A stretch of DNA of 64,000 nucleotides from Octopus sinensis (taxonomy: Eukaryota), in NCBI RefSeq assembly GCF_006345805.1, contig NC_043013.1, positions 25,606,001 through 25,670,000 on the forward strand. Direction: 5' to 3'. The notes below the pieces were generated by a model, which ran no database searches, had not been told where the DNA came from, and saw only the letters and a list, made by a program, of their open reading frames with translations. Positions 1 through 13,867 of this stretch are shown here, piece by piece; positions within the stretch are counted from its first letter, which is position 1, and each line of letters begins with the position of its first letter. The position numbers and the translations under genes were made by a program.

Positions 1-582
1 TTCTTTTGTTGAACTGGAGGACACCAACCACTCCAAATTGGGTAGCTGTCTTGCCTGCTTTGGTCTCCTTTCTGTTTTATTGTTCTGCATCAGTTACATT
101 AATTATGGTTTCTACTATCAAAATGGACAAAAATATTGGTTTTCTAACTTTTCTTTTTTTTTTGTCCACCAGCTGAGTGGAGTGGAGCAACATGAAGTGT
201 TTTGCTCAAGGACACAATGAATTTCCCAGTTCAGGAATCAAAACCATAATCTTAGAATCATGAGTCCAGCACCTTAACCACTAAACTATGCCCCCTCCTC
301 TGCATACATACATGTTTTTCAACATGTATCTTGAGATACTTTTGAGTTTTTCTCTCCTTATCCTTTCTGTAGAAGAGCAAATGCTTGAAATGTAAAATGC
401 TTTTCCTTCTATTTTTTCCTTAGCATAAACCTAATACACTGATTTTTTTAATCTTGTCTTCTTGTTTTTTTTTCTCTCTACTACATGTGTGTGTGTGTGT
501 TTGTATTTTCCAACTTTGCCAGCTTTGATTAATATTTGTTTGTTGTATATTAATGTTTCTGCTTGTATTTTTACATGTTCAG

Positions 583-1614
583 CATTGGAGAACCATTCAC
601 AGTCAGACAAACAGTCAGAATGGGAACCTAGGCAACAACATCCTTTGGATTACATCCAACAACAGGTGGAACAACAGATGCAGCATCTTCAACAACAGCA
701 GCATGCACAGCAGCAAGCACAACAGGCTCAGCAGCAGCAAGCACAAGCACAACAGAAGCAGCAGAAACAACAAATGGTGCAGCCAAGCCAACAGTCTAAA
801 GCAGTTCAACAAGTGGGCCAACAAAGTGGGCAAGGGCAAACTCAAGTGCCACCGCCGTCATCTCAGCAACCGAGCTCCCAGGTACAGCCGAGCAAGCAAC
901 CACAACAGCAACAACAACAGCAGCAACAAGTGGCATCATCTCAGCAGCAGCAACAGCAGCAGCAGAAGACACAGCAGTCGAGTACAGTTGTCCACCCTCC
1001 ATCCCAGTCACATACTGCACCCACCCAAACCCCTCTCTTACCCCTTCCTCACAGATCTTCAGATGTCTATCATCAAACTGAAGAACTCTTTGATCACAGA
1101 CCTTCCTCTTCACAAGATATTCCAACACAGGAATACTCAGCCAGCCAAAGGGAATTTACTGGAGACAGCCACAAGGCTTTTAGTCAAAGAGATTCTACAG
1201 CTGATCAGACTGACAGAACCTACCGAGGAGACTTCAACGAACTCTGTTCTGAATCGAAAGAACCCATTGACACATCTGATTTCTTTGAAGAGCAGCATCG
1301 TAGCAGAAGTTCATATGAGCGTGAGGTACATCATCGTGATGGGCGTGGCACAAGAGAAGCGGACACTGCACGGGAGTTTGATAACCAACGTGATGGCTCT
1401 CGAGAGAAGAATGATAAAGATCCTTGTTCTCGGTCTCCCACACGTGAACGTGACTGGGACCAGTTTAAGGAGAGAGACCAAAGCAGGGACTTAAGTGATC
1501 GAGAAACTCGTGACCGAACAAAGTCTCCTCGTTGTCGTTCTCGTTCACCAACAAGATCACGGTCTCCACCTGCAGAGTCTCCAAGACAGGATAGAATTGA
1601 AGATCCTGATTCTG
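583..1614 (+). CDS. VIRMA: VIRMA exon (window exon 1): polyQ and charged RS-like low-complexity region
   Basis: Acceptor TTCAG| at 582, donor G|GTAGGT at 1615; frame of ORF 462..1655; phase 1 to 1. Confidence 0.8.
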
Positions 1615-4600
1615 GTAGGTTCTTTTTATTGATAAATCTCGTATCAAATATTTAATTTGATTTATTTGATTTTTAAAATTCATCTACATTTGAATATAAA
1701 ATGCATTTTTAAAATTGAATATGGGTATGTATTTAAGGTCTACTTCAAAAAGAAGCAAGAGTCAGTACCCAGAAGGTCTTCATTTTTGGTTCTATTGGTT
1801 GGTGCGTAATTATTGCGGCTTTTTTCAACAAAAACAATAACAATATTTAACAAAAACATCTTTAAATGATGGTCTGACCATCTGCCAAGCAAATGAGAAG
1901 CAGTAATTGAGGTAGATGGTGAATATGCTCCGGAATAATCATTTAAAGATGTTTTTGTTAAATCTTGTTTTTGTTGAATAAAATTTTATTAAAAGAAAGC
2001 TGGAATAATTATGCACCAACCTAATATTTCACGTTTCCTCTGTGTGTATATACATCATCATCATCATCATCATCTTTTAACGTCCGCTTTCCATGTTGGC
2101 ATTTGGTGGACAGTTTGACTGATAACTGGTAAGCTGGGGCTGCACCAGGTTCCAATCTGATTTGGCAAGGTTTCTACAGCTGTATGCCCTTCCTAACGTC
2201 AACCACTCTAAGAGTGCAGTAGGTGCCTGTTATGTACCATTGACCTAACATCAGCCAAGTAAGACTACAGTCTTATTTGGCTTCATAGGTCAACACAAGC
2301 ACAGTTTATCTCCAAGGGTCTTGGTGCCTGTCACTGCCTTTATGAGGCCCAACGCTTTTTATGTGGCATTGGCCACGACTACAATTTCACTCGGTTCAAC
2401 AGGTCTTCACAAGCACAGCATATTGTCCAATGATTGAAGGGTGCTCTTAATGGGCCAGTTACGCAACACTGGCATCGGCCATGACTATGATCTCACCTGG
2501 TTTGACGTTACTGCCTCCATGAGGCTCAACGCATGAACGATGTGTGTTCACTATTTCCTGTGGGTAGCCCCTTCCCCATCACTGTCTTTCACTCCAAATC
2601 ATTTCTATCTTTCTCTCTAACTCTCTCCCACCTCCCTCCCCTTCCTTGCCCTACTTGGGTAGCCAAATATCTCCTCTGTAGTAAGACTGCTATTCCTGTT
2701 CCTCTATCATACTCCAACCTTTTGCCTGGCACACGGCCACTTCTTTTGGATGCTCTCCCTCTTACAGATGAGAGGTCCTTTTCTTGCAAGCTACCTTAGT
2801 GACCTTGCAGGTGCTGGTTCCGCATAAAAAAGCACCTATGCTGGTGCCATATAATGAAGCACCCAATAAACTCTGTAAAGTGGTTGGCATCAGGAATGGC
2901 ACCCAGCTGTAGAAACCAAGCCAAAACATGTGACTGGATCCTGGAGCAGCCCTCTGGCCTTGTCAGCTCCTGTCAAACTGTTCAACCCATGCCAGAATCA
3001 AAAATGTATGTTAAATGAATGTGATGATAATGATGTTCTCATCATCATCATCATTGTTTAACGTCTGTTTTCCATGCTAGCATAGGTTGGACGGTTTGAT
3101 TAAGGGCTAGCGAGCCAGATGGCTGCACCAGGCTCCCAATCTGATCTGGCAAGGTTTCTACAGCTGGATGCCCTTCCTAATGCCAACCACTCCGAGAGTG
3201 TAGTGGGTGCTTGTTACGTGCCACTGGCATGGGAGCCAGTCAGGTGGCACAGGCATTGGCCACATTTGAGTGGTGCTTTTTACGTGCCCCTGGCCAGTTG
3301 GAATGAGAGCGCTGGCATTGGCCATGTTCAGATGGTGCTTTTTACATGCCACCGGCACAGGAGCCAGTTGGGGCGAGGGGACTGGCATTGAACACATTTG
3401 GATGGTGCTTCTTATGCACCACCGGCGTAGTGAATTTCATTGCAGATGATAGTAAATGAGATCCAATGATTGTGTGAAGATAAAGTACCTCACTAATAGC
3501 CGTTGGTGTTTATCATTTGGGGAAAAGTTGGCTGCAGTGCCAACACCTTGATGGTTGTTGAAGAGTTTAAACAAACTCTTTTTACTTTTTTTTTTGTTGA
3601 TTTGAAATTAAGAAGGAGATTATATGTTTAACATTGTCTGATATTCTGTAGTGGAATAACTCAGATTTGCTTTCAGAATGTGTTTTGACAAAATCCCTCC
3701 CTGTTGTTAATCCTGATTGTAGTAGTCTCTTTTGTTTTTGTCCTGTATCAACAATTCCTCTCAAGTTATTTGGACTAATCGCTCATTAATGGCTGCATGA
3801 TACTGGTTGTCTCGATTTCCCCCTGCCTCATGCCAATAACATTACATCTGTCCTCAGTATAACAGTGAAACGGTTATGTGCCTAAGGAACTCAACTACAA
3901 GCCTAAACATCTTTGCATCAAATATATTACAGAGATTTCATTGTATATTTAGGCAAGTACACTTAATTCTCCTTCCTACTGAATTCTTAGGAATAATTTT
4001 AAGGTGCTCTGGCAGTGTTGCTTGCATTATAGACTGGCATTTTGTCCAAGAGGAGATTGATCACTCATCAAAACTGTGAAACTAGAAGCGAGCTGGTTTT
4101 TAAATCCCAATTGGACTCAGGAGACATAATTGCAAACACTCACTCACTGTTCCTATCTACAGGGACACTGTCACTTCACTTTCACTCTACAGCAGGTGGC
4201 ATTGGCACTACCATCTCCATATCCAATTAGTAAAACCACCACTGTTAGAGATTTGTCTGCAAGCCTACCTCTTGATGGTTTGTCTTGCTAGAAATAACAG
4301 TCAACTCCCTCTCAGATGACACTTTACTATCTTAAAGAGCAGAATACAATGGCTAGTGTGATGAGATGATCTTGGCTAGAATACTTTTCGATCAGAGATG
4401 ACTTTCAGGTAAGCAACAGCTTCTCTACACTGTTGTGGTTAGAGTTTTTCATCTTATCACCTAGCTGCGTACCACCTCCTCTCCATCTGGCAAATCCGTC
4501 TCTGCTTTCATTTTGTCTTCTGTTTTGTCTTCCACAAACTATGATTCCTTTTTTCCAGTCTTTCTTCCACAAAGTGTCAACCCACTGGAATTCCCTTCTT

Positions 4601-6375
4601 GGCCACATTTAATCCTGTTAGACATCAATTTACACATGTTCAAACTAAAGATCAACCGAGTCAATCTCATTAGTATTGAAGGGTCTGTAAAGATCAAAGT
4701 TATACCCTTTCTTCCTGACTAACTCCTAAAAACAGAATTGTAGAGGAGACAGGAAGGCATATTTATTTCACTGGTGCCACATAAATAGCACTGGCTCTAG
4801 TGCCTAGTAAAAAGCATCTAGTACACTCTGTAAAGTAGTTGGCATTAGGTTGGGCATCTGGCTCTAGAAATTGATTTCTAAAACAGACTATGGAACCTAG
4901 TGTGGTCCCTGGTCTTGCTGATTCCTGTCAAGTCATCCAATCCATGCCAGCATGGAAAACAGACATTAAATGATGATGATGATTCTTTTCCCTTGCATTG
5001 TGTTGAATTCACTTATGTATTGAGGCCTTGTGGTGATGTTTCTAACAGATTTTTCATTATTTTGCCTAACACTTATTTCTTACAATAGATTGGTTTATTT
5101 CTTACTCTAGAAACCTTACCTATGAACCAAGATGACCTGTATTGCCTCACACCTGTCCACTCTCCAAATGTGATATTTCTTTCAGATGCTGAGAATCAGG
5201 TAAGATTTCAATAACTCCTCTTAATCTGTTCAGTGTTTTGTCTCTCCATCATTATTTACATGTCATTTAATGAGGTGGGTTCGTCTGATTGGTAGGTGGC
5301 TGGAAGTGGCATCAGCTGTCACGGGGCCCTCCTGCTATGTGTTTTACCTGTTGATTTTATCATTTCTTTCTTTCTCACAACAAAGTGGAACACACTACCA
5401 TTGATTAAATACAGAGTGTGGCAGAATTAATGCCCTCTTTTATTTAGTAATTTTAATAGTACAAAAATTGTTTTCTTTATAAATTCTATTATATAAAAAT
5501 TTATTACAGGAGTTAACAAAATGGAAAAAAAAACAATTAATGAAAATCAATAGTTGCAGTAGTTTTATGAAATTTATAAAGTATTGTTCCATGAAAACAA
5601 CGTAATTCCTTATGATAAAAAAAAATTAAATTAATATGTTCAAAAGGCTCCCCTTTGTTTTCAGTACAATGCTGAACACTACCAGCAACATTACTACACA
5701 CATTTCAACATATTTTTCCATTAATCATAGAAAATTTAACAGAAATTGCTTGTTTTAATTCAGGAATTGTTTTTGGTTTCAGGGAGTAAAGAAGATTTTC
5801 CAATACACCCCACAAGATAAAGTCAGATGGTGTTAAGTCTGGTGATTGTGATGGCCACTTAGTTGCTCCACGTCGTCTTATATATACCTCCCCTCAAAAT
5901 TAAGATTTAACCATTCCCAAACGTTTAGCCCACCATGAGGCCATGCACCATCCTGTACAATGTAGAAAACTATAAAAAAATACAAATAAGAAAAGGCATT
6001 ACTTCTGCTGCACCCTGTATAAAGTCTGTATACGAGAGAATGTGTAACCTGGTTGTTAGAGTGTTGCACTTGTGATTGCTAGATCACATGTTCAATTCCC
6101 AGACCGAGCAGCACATTGTGTTTCCTTGTGTAAAACATTTCATTTCACATTACCCCAGTCCACTCAACTGTAAACGGGTCCATCCTGCAATGGATTAGTC
6201 TTCTGACCATGGGGGAATGTTGGCCTGCTCGCCTAGCCAGAAAGGTGGCTAAAACAATGCAAAGTGTGTTGTAATCAGCGATGTATAACAACATCTGATA
6301 GTCTGATCGATCCTGTAATCATGTGATCTGATAATATATTTAGTGTCACTGTAAAGGAATTTAGAGGTGAAAGCC

Positions 6376-6409
<34 letters not shown>

Positions 6410-9400
6410 GGGTGGGTGGGTGGAGAAGTGTGTGAGTCAGTCATTGAGTGAAAGAGAGCAATTGGTCAGTAATAAGAAAATTCTGATTTCAGTTTGGAAT
6501 CAAAAGTTTGGTAAGAGCTCAAGTGGAACCATGTTGTGTTGATAAGGATTCTTGTGAAACGTAATGCTAAATAGATATTTCTTATTTTTTCTTTTCTTTT
6601 TTTTTGTTAAACTTATTGAATTACTCTGCTTTCCTTTAATTACAGGATGCTGATGATGGTTATGAAGACATCAGTTCTGATGATGACGATGATGGACTTA
6701 TATGTGGTGATGACAGTGATATGCAGGTATTATATGTTCTTGTCATTATTTCTCAGCTTTCTCTAGTAAATGTCGAGGTGTCTGGTAAATAATAAAAATA
6801 TCTTGGAGGGAACCTGTGGAAGAGGTAGGCCCAGGAAGACAGGGGACGAGGTGATGAAGCCTGATCTTCAAATATTGGGGCCTCACAGGGGCAATGACAA
6901 GTGACTGAGACCTTTAGTGATATGCTATGCTTGAAGAATCATCAATCCATGTGAAATTGTAATCATGGGTGATGCTGGTGCCACGTGACTGGCACCTGTT
7001 CCAGTGGCACATAAACGTACCCATGCTGGTGGCACGTTAAAAGCATCCATTACATTCTTGGAATGATTGGCATTAGGAAGGGCATCCAACTCTAGAAACC
7101 ATGACAAACCAGACTGGAAGCTGGTGCAGCTCTCCGGCTTACCAGTTCCAGTCAAACTGTCTAACCCATGCCAGCATGGAAAGCAGATGCCAAATGATGA
7201 TGATGATGAGGAGGATTTATTATGCTATTTAGAGAAGCTTTTCGTTATCATCATAATCATTGTTTAACGTCCTCCTTCCATGCTAGCATGGGTGGAATGG
7301 TTTCACAAGAGCCAGCCAGGCAGAAACCTGCACCAGACTTCTGTGACTGTTTTGGCAGGATTTTTACAGCTGGATGCCCTAGTCACGTCAAAACCATGAA
7401 CAGTCTTAGTCATGGCGACTGACTGCATTGAAATTCGTATCATATCTCAGTATCCTGTTGGTATGGTTACAAGAATTTCAAGAAATCTGCAGTAGAATCT
7501 TCTTTTTAAATGTTACCAAACAACCAGCAGTTATTGTTTAGTGCCACTGTGTCATTCTTGTGTGGGCAGGCATAGAACTAAAAATGTTTCTTTGTGTTTT
7601 TCATATAATTTAGCCCTTTTGATACCAATCTGTGTGAGATCACCCCAGTTCTATGATGCAAATATACTGTTTCAAATGATATTATTATATATAATTATAT
7701 AATCTTAATATAAATTTGAGCAATGTTTCTCTGTCTGTTACATTTTTATGTTAACTCCTCCTAGACTGTTGGTGCAAGGACAACGAAATTCAAACCAGCA
7801 ACTCCCCTAATCCCATGGAATATTCTAAGGGGTACTATTTTTTTAAGGGTCACCTAATTAGGGCCCCATTGATTCTCCCTCCTTATTTTTACTGCATTTT
7901 AAACTAAATACATGGCATTGGTGACCAAATTTTATACCATGAACTCCCAGAGAGTATTGTAAGGAGGTTCAATTTCTGAAGGGCAGCTTAAATGGGGCCC
8001 CACTGCCCCACTATTTTTACTGCATTTTCCTCGCTCCTACACTTATTGATTAAACTATGATCAGGATCAGTGCTAAGTACATTTGCAGAAATAAGTTCCA
8101 TTACACAAGGGTAGAGAGCCATGAAGCGGCCCGATAGTGGAGCTGAAGGCCACAAAGGTGCCCTCCACAGGAGCTAGCCTGAATGCTGCCTAAAGGGTGA
8201 CTTCAAGGCTAGTAGATAATATTTTTATATATTATATATTATATTTTTTTAATGATATTTGGCTGGAGCACCAGAATGACTTGAGGGCCAAAGTTTCGTG
8301 TGTTAGCACTTATGAAACTTGTTACAAATCATAAGGTTATAAATTTATATGCTGGTGATAATGGTATTTCCCTTCATAGTTCTAGAACAAATTATTAAAA
8401 ACAATTACAAGGTTATGTGGATAATTTGTATTTTTCAAATAGTTTGCCTGTTATACCATTCAGTAAATAAATTCTAATGTAATGCTTACATGCAATGATG
8501 TTTAAAAATTAAAAATCATTTCGGCTTCCCCGTCTTTTCAATTTTGTTGCTTTCTTCTCATAAAAGCATAGCATTTGAAATCATCATCATCATTCAGTGA
8601 CCATTTACTATGCTGGCATGGGTTGGATAAGTTAACAGGAGTTGACAAAACCAAAAGACTGCACCAGGCTTCATTGTCTGTTTTGGCATGGTTTTTATGG
8701 CTGGATGCCCTTCCTAACACCAACCATCTTATCAAGAATTATTGATTAAAGGTGTTATACTGCAAATAAATTAAATAAACAGTTGGTGTTATTAAATAAA
8801 GTATGCTTTGTTTTTAATTAATTTAATAAGAATAGTTTTTTTTTCTTCTGTTTTACTTTCTCCTTCAATTAATTTGTTTTTTAACGTTATTTCATTGGAC
8901 AACCACATAACATTTACAACTGATTCTAGAATCTTGCCTCTGATGTCTTGATACTTTTGTGTTCTTCCAGAATGTTGAATTCTTTGATGTCGCTGATGAT
9001 TCCTGGAATTTTGCCACATCAAGTTTCAACCCTTTTCAGTGTTATCTTGCTCCGCTTGCTGTAAGTATTGGTCTCATTTCTTTTTTGTGGTACAGTGTGA
9101 TTATTATTTGTTTTAGTGGGTATTTTAAAAAAAAAATTAACTTGATGTAATGATTCCAGTAAATTTGAAGAATATGGCTAAATTCCTCCTTCCCAAATTA
9201 TTATGAGAATAATAAATCTGGATGCTGTGTTATTTCATCGCATGGCAAGACAGATAACATGACAATTTTCTTGTTCTCTGGTTGTAGGCCCCTTATCTGG
9301 GATACCATATTTTGTGACACTTTCTGCAGCAGCAACCTGATGTATTCAGCTTGCCACCCTAAGCTTTGCTACTCGCCAGGCTGGGAAGGGCAAACTGTCG

Positions 9401-12400
9401 AAGTATTGACCTCCCTCTGATAGATTTGAGGTTGATCCTCTGGCAGTGGAGACCTCCAGTGTCCTTGACCCTGCTCACTGTTGTTGGAGTGGGCATGATT
9501 ATCCCCAAGTCTGAACACTGTGAGTCTGGTTGTTCCCGCATGTATCCTTTGCCGCCTTCTAGGGCAACACTTTTTCCATTTTGGCTGCCAGGACCATGAG
9601 AAGGACTGACCAGTTCATAAGGGCAAAGTAAAATAAGAAGTATTTCTTGTATAGAGGTAGAGGCACAGCTGTGTGGTTCAGGAGCTTGCTTTGCAATCAT
9701 GTGGTTTGCCCAAAAATCATGTTTGAAAAATTTTAATCCCCATCGTCCCAGGTTTCTTAATTTAAAACATTTTTTTAGAATTATTTTTTTTAATAAAAGT
9801 ACAGAGATAATGAATCTCGGAATTTTTTGTTTTTTAAATTTCAATTTTTCTTTGGGCCTTACAGAGGCAATGACCAAGACCTTTGGCATTAATGTCATGC
9901 TTGAGAAGAAGACCCATCATGCCGAGCAAAATCAGTCGTTGCAGACCGGTTTCATGCAAATTGGCACCTGTGCCAGTGGCACATAAAAGCACCCATTACA
10001 CTCTCAGAGTGGTTGGCATTAGGAAGGGCATCCAGCTGTAGAAAACATGTGCCAAATCAGACTGGAGCCTGGCACAACTTACCAGCCCAGTCAAACCGTC
10101 CAACCCATGCCAGCGTGGACAACGGATGTTAGATGATGATGATGATGGTGAAACACTGAAGGCCCTTTCCCCCCACTGTGGCCCACCCATCACCTCCCTA
10201 CTTTCAAAAAGCTAAAAATGCCAGATGTTTTACTTTCGTCTGATGCATGGTGTGCACACGCTTCACCTTCGACCTTTTCACTTCTGGTTATATTTGCTAG
10301 TTTTGTTATAAATGTATTGCTTTTCTTCTTGGATATTTAAATTCTTTGTTGCAAGTTTATTTGCTGTTGCTTAGCCCCAGGTTAATTTGGGTCAAACGAC
10401 CCCTACAATTGGTTGAATTTCCAGCCATGGCCATCCTGTCTTTTATTTTCAGCTACAGTGTATTCTAGGATTACATATTTTTAAATATGCTGGTGTGTTG
10501 AGAGAGAGTGTTATCATCATCATCATTGTCATCATCATTGTTGTCATCATCGTCATCATTGTCATCATCACCATCTTCATCATCACCATCACTATCATCA
10601 TCGTTGTAATCATCATTTAATGTCCATTGTCCCTGCTAGTATGGAATGTCTAGTGATATTTGTAGTGAAGGCATGTGGCACAGTGGTTAGGGTATTCGGC
10701 TCACAGTTGTAAGGTTAATTTTTGGCAGTATCTTGTATCCTTGATTAAGACACTTTATTTCACATTGCTTCAGTCCACTCAACTGGCAAAAACAACATGT
10801 ACCTGTAATTTAAAAGGGGACTGCCTTGTCACACTGAATCTCCTTGAGAACTGCATTAAAGATATGTGTGTCTGTGGAGTACTCAGCCGCTTACACATTA
10901 ATTTCACGAGCAGGCTGTTCCATTAATTGGATCAACTGGAACCCTAGCCATAACTGAATAAGTGCCAGGCCATATTTGTACATGTTAGATAACTAAGGGT
11001 TTTCCTTATGGGCTTATTTATTCATTCTTTTTACTATAGAGTAAGATCTTTCCTATCTCGTGGCTCATTGATCATTCACCTTTCAACTCTCCCCAAATTT
11101 TACCGTCACAGCCTGCTTCCCCATCCCCTCATCTCTTCCTTGTACAATCTTGCAAACCGCCTACTCACCTACATCAGCTCACCTTCAGCCTTGAGGAGTC
11201 ACCTGGGTACCTCGTCACCATCATCTGTCTCTTTGTAGCTCCTACTGACCATCTGTCTCTTCTCTTTCTCCCCGTCTCCTATCAAATGTGTGTAGCCATG
11301 CAGATTGTCTACAAGAACCTGTCCTGACCCCTCTACCTCTCTTATTCTTTGAACCCTTCATCCCCTAGCATGAAGCTGACCTGCCCTTGTTTTTGTAGTC
11401 CTGTGAGCTGCATGCCCCCCCCCCCACATTAGTGCTGATGGCATGAAAAAATAAAAACCTGTACACACTGTTATGTGGTTGGTGTTAGGAAGGCCATCGG
11501 AGTGTAGAAACCATACCAAGGCAGACACTGGAGCACAATGCAGTCCTTGGGCCCATCAGGTCTTGTCAAACTGTCCAACACATGCCAACATAGACATTAA
11601 CTGGTGGTGATGGCAGTGGTAGTACTGAAGTTAAAGACATTGCAATATCTACTACATGCTCATGTTTTCAAATTCAATGCAGACATTGTGTTAAGTTCTC
11701 AGACAAAGCAAATATCTTTATCCTCTGTAACTACCAAGCTGAGAATAAAATGTCAGTGCTTCGTCATTCTTAAGTCATTAATATTAGGGCAGCAAAATGG
11801 ATGTAAAACAATAAGAAGATAAAACTCCATATTAATAAGTTATTGTTTTTATATACAGGTTTTAGTGCAGTCTGCTATTATAAAAGTTTATGGCCATAGG
11901 TGCAAGCGTGGTTGTGTGGAAAGAAGTTTGCTTCCCAATCACAAGGATATAAGTTCCATCCCACTCTGTAGCACCTTAGGCAAGTGTCTTTTGCTATAGA
12001 AGTTTCTGCTTTCAAAAAACAAATTTTTTTGGTAATTAGATGTATTCAAGCTGTTTTTATCACAGCTAACACCATCTTTCATTTCATTTTTGTACCATGG
12101 ACCGGAGAAGATTTATTTACAAACAAACAATGATTTCAGCTACAAGTCCTCCTGGCCATCCCTCTGTTTTCACATTGACCATTAGATAAGTTGTCAGGAA
12201 GTAGCATTCCTGAACGCAATTGTCTGTCATCACCAGTGACATTGTCACTTCATTGTCAATGACCTGATTATCAGTCTTGATAGAGATGTTTGTTTGCAAT
12301 TTACAAGGTGATTTGATGATGATAGAGAGAGAGATTAGGTATTCACTACAATATGATTCATATTCATGATTCATATTGTTTATAAAAAAAATACTTATCA

Positions 12401-13834
12401 CCATCATCACCATCACCATGATTTAACGTTCACCTGGTTGGATGGTTTGGAAGGAACTGGTATCAAACCCTGCTGACTCCTTTGCCATACTTTCAACAGA
12501 CGGATGTCTGAGTGTGTTCTCTGTGCCATTTTCATGGCACCAGCAGCTGTGAGGTCACCTGGTAACTTGCAAGGTGAGGGAGTGGTACGGGGGGACAGAA
12601 AAGGTTTCTTGCATTAGAGGAAAAACATGGTTACCTCCAATGGAGAGAAAAAGAGAGAGAGAAGGGGATGTTTAAGATGTTACGGTGGTGGTGGGGTGTC
12701 CATCCAAGTTAGGGGTGGGTGGATATAGTGATGTGGGTTGGGGATTGAAGTGGGTGGATGAGTTCATAAGATTGCTAAGGAGAATGGTAGGTGAAGGGTG
12801 AGGGATGTAACGAGTGGGGATAGGAGAGAGGGAGGGGAGTATTAGGAAGATATGGTGTGGGAAGAGATTCAATGGAGGACATACTAAGTGCAGTAGGTAT
12901 GTGAGGGAGAATGGAGGGGATGTTGGGAGGATGGGTTGTTGGGGAGGTTTGTAGTGGGGGGTCATGGACATAAACAGCACACCTTTACAGCCATAATTTT
13001 ACATAGCTGGATAGGCCTTCTCAAACACAACAGATTGCCCAATTGCCTCAGGCCTTCATCATTCCCTCTCCAAGGTTCAGCATCTGAAGATCATTTCTCA
13101 CCACTTCATCCAGCATCTTCCTAGGTCTTCCTCTTTCAGATGTTTCCTCCACATTTAGAGATCAGCATTTCTTGATGCAGCTGTCCTCATCCATACCCAT
13201 CAAATCACTATACCAGCCCAGCTTTCTCTCTAGTACACTTCTGTCCTGCCATCCATTTTCATTTTTATGATGGGAATTATAATGTGAAAGGAAGAGTAAT
13301 TGACAACAACAGGTGAGCAAAGGTGAGGTGGGGTAGGGTTAATATCAAGGTAAGAATTGGTGTTGGCTGATAGTAGAGGTAATCCAGAGGAGAATGGGCA
13401 CTGAGTGGTAGCGCATCATCAACATCATTTTAATGTCTGCTTTTCCAATGCCAGCATGAATTTATACGGCTGGATGCCCTTCCTGTTGCTAACCCTCACC
13501 TGTTTCCAAACATGGTTAAACATGCTTTTATGGAAGACTGGAAATAAAGGACATCATTTGTATAACAGTTTGTATGACACTCATTTGCAACTACCATGCA
13601 ATATCAGAATAGAGGGACAAACACATACATGCACACTCATGCATACACACCCTCCCCGTGTGTGTGTGCACGAATATATATATATATATATATATACAAG
13701 GGGTATGAGAGGTATTGGTGCCTAGAAAACCCAAAGAGTGTTGGGTAACGCTAAATAAGTGTTATGGACAGACTGGTTAAACTCTTGGTTTGATAATGAT
13801 ATGAGTGAGGAGTGTAATGTGGGTCTTGTATTAG

Positions 13835-13867
<33 letters not shown>

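Noticed and set aside
553-1494. 313-aa overlapping ORF in a second frame (also minus ORFs 615..845 and 796..1128)
   Set aside because: By-product of the CAG/CAA-rich exon lacking stops in shifted frames; polyN/S/H content with no recognisable homology.
9359-9898. 179-aa minus-strand ORF
   Set aside because: Spans a family A repeat, AT-rich filler and an unclassified repeat-like segment; no domain signature and no splice support.
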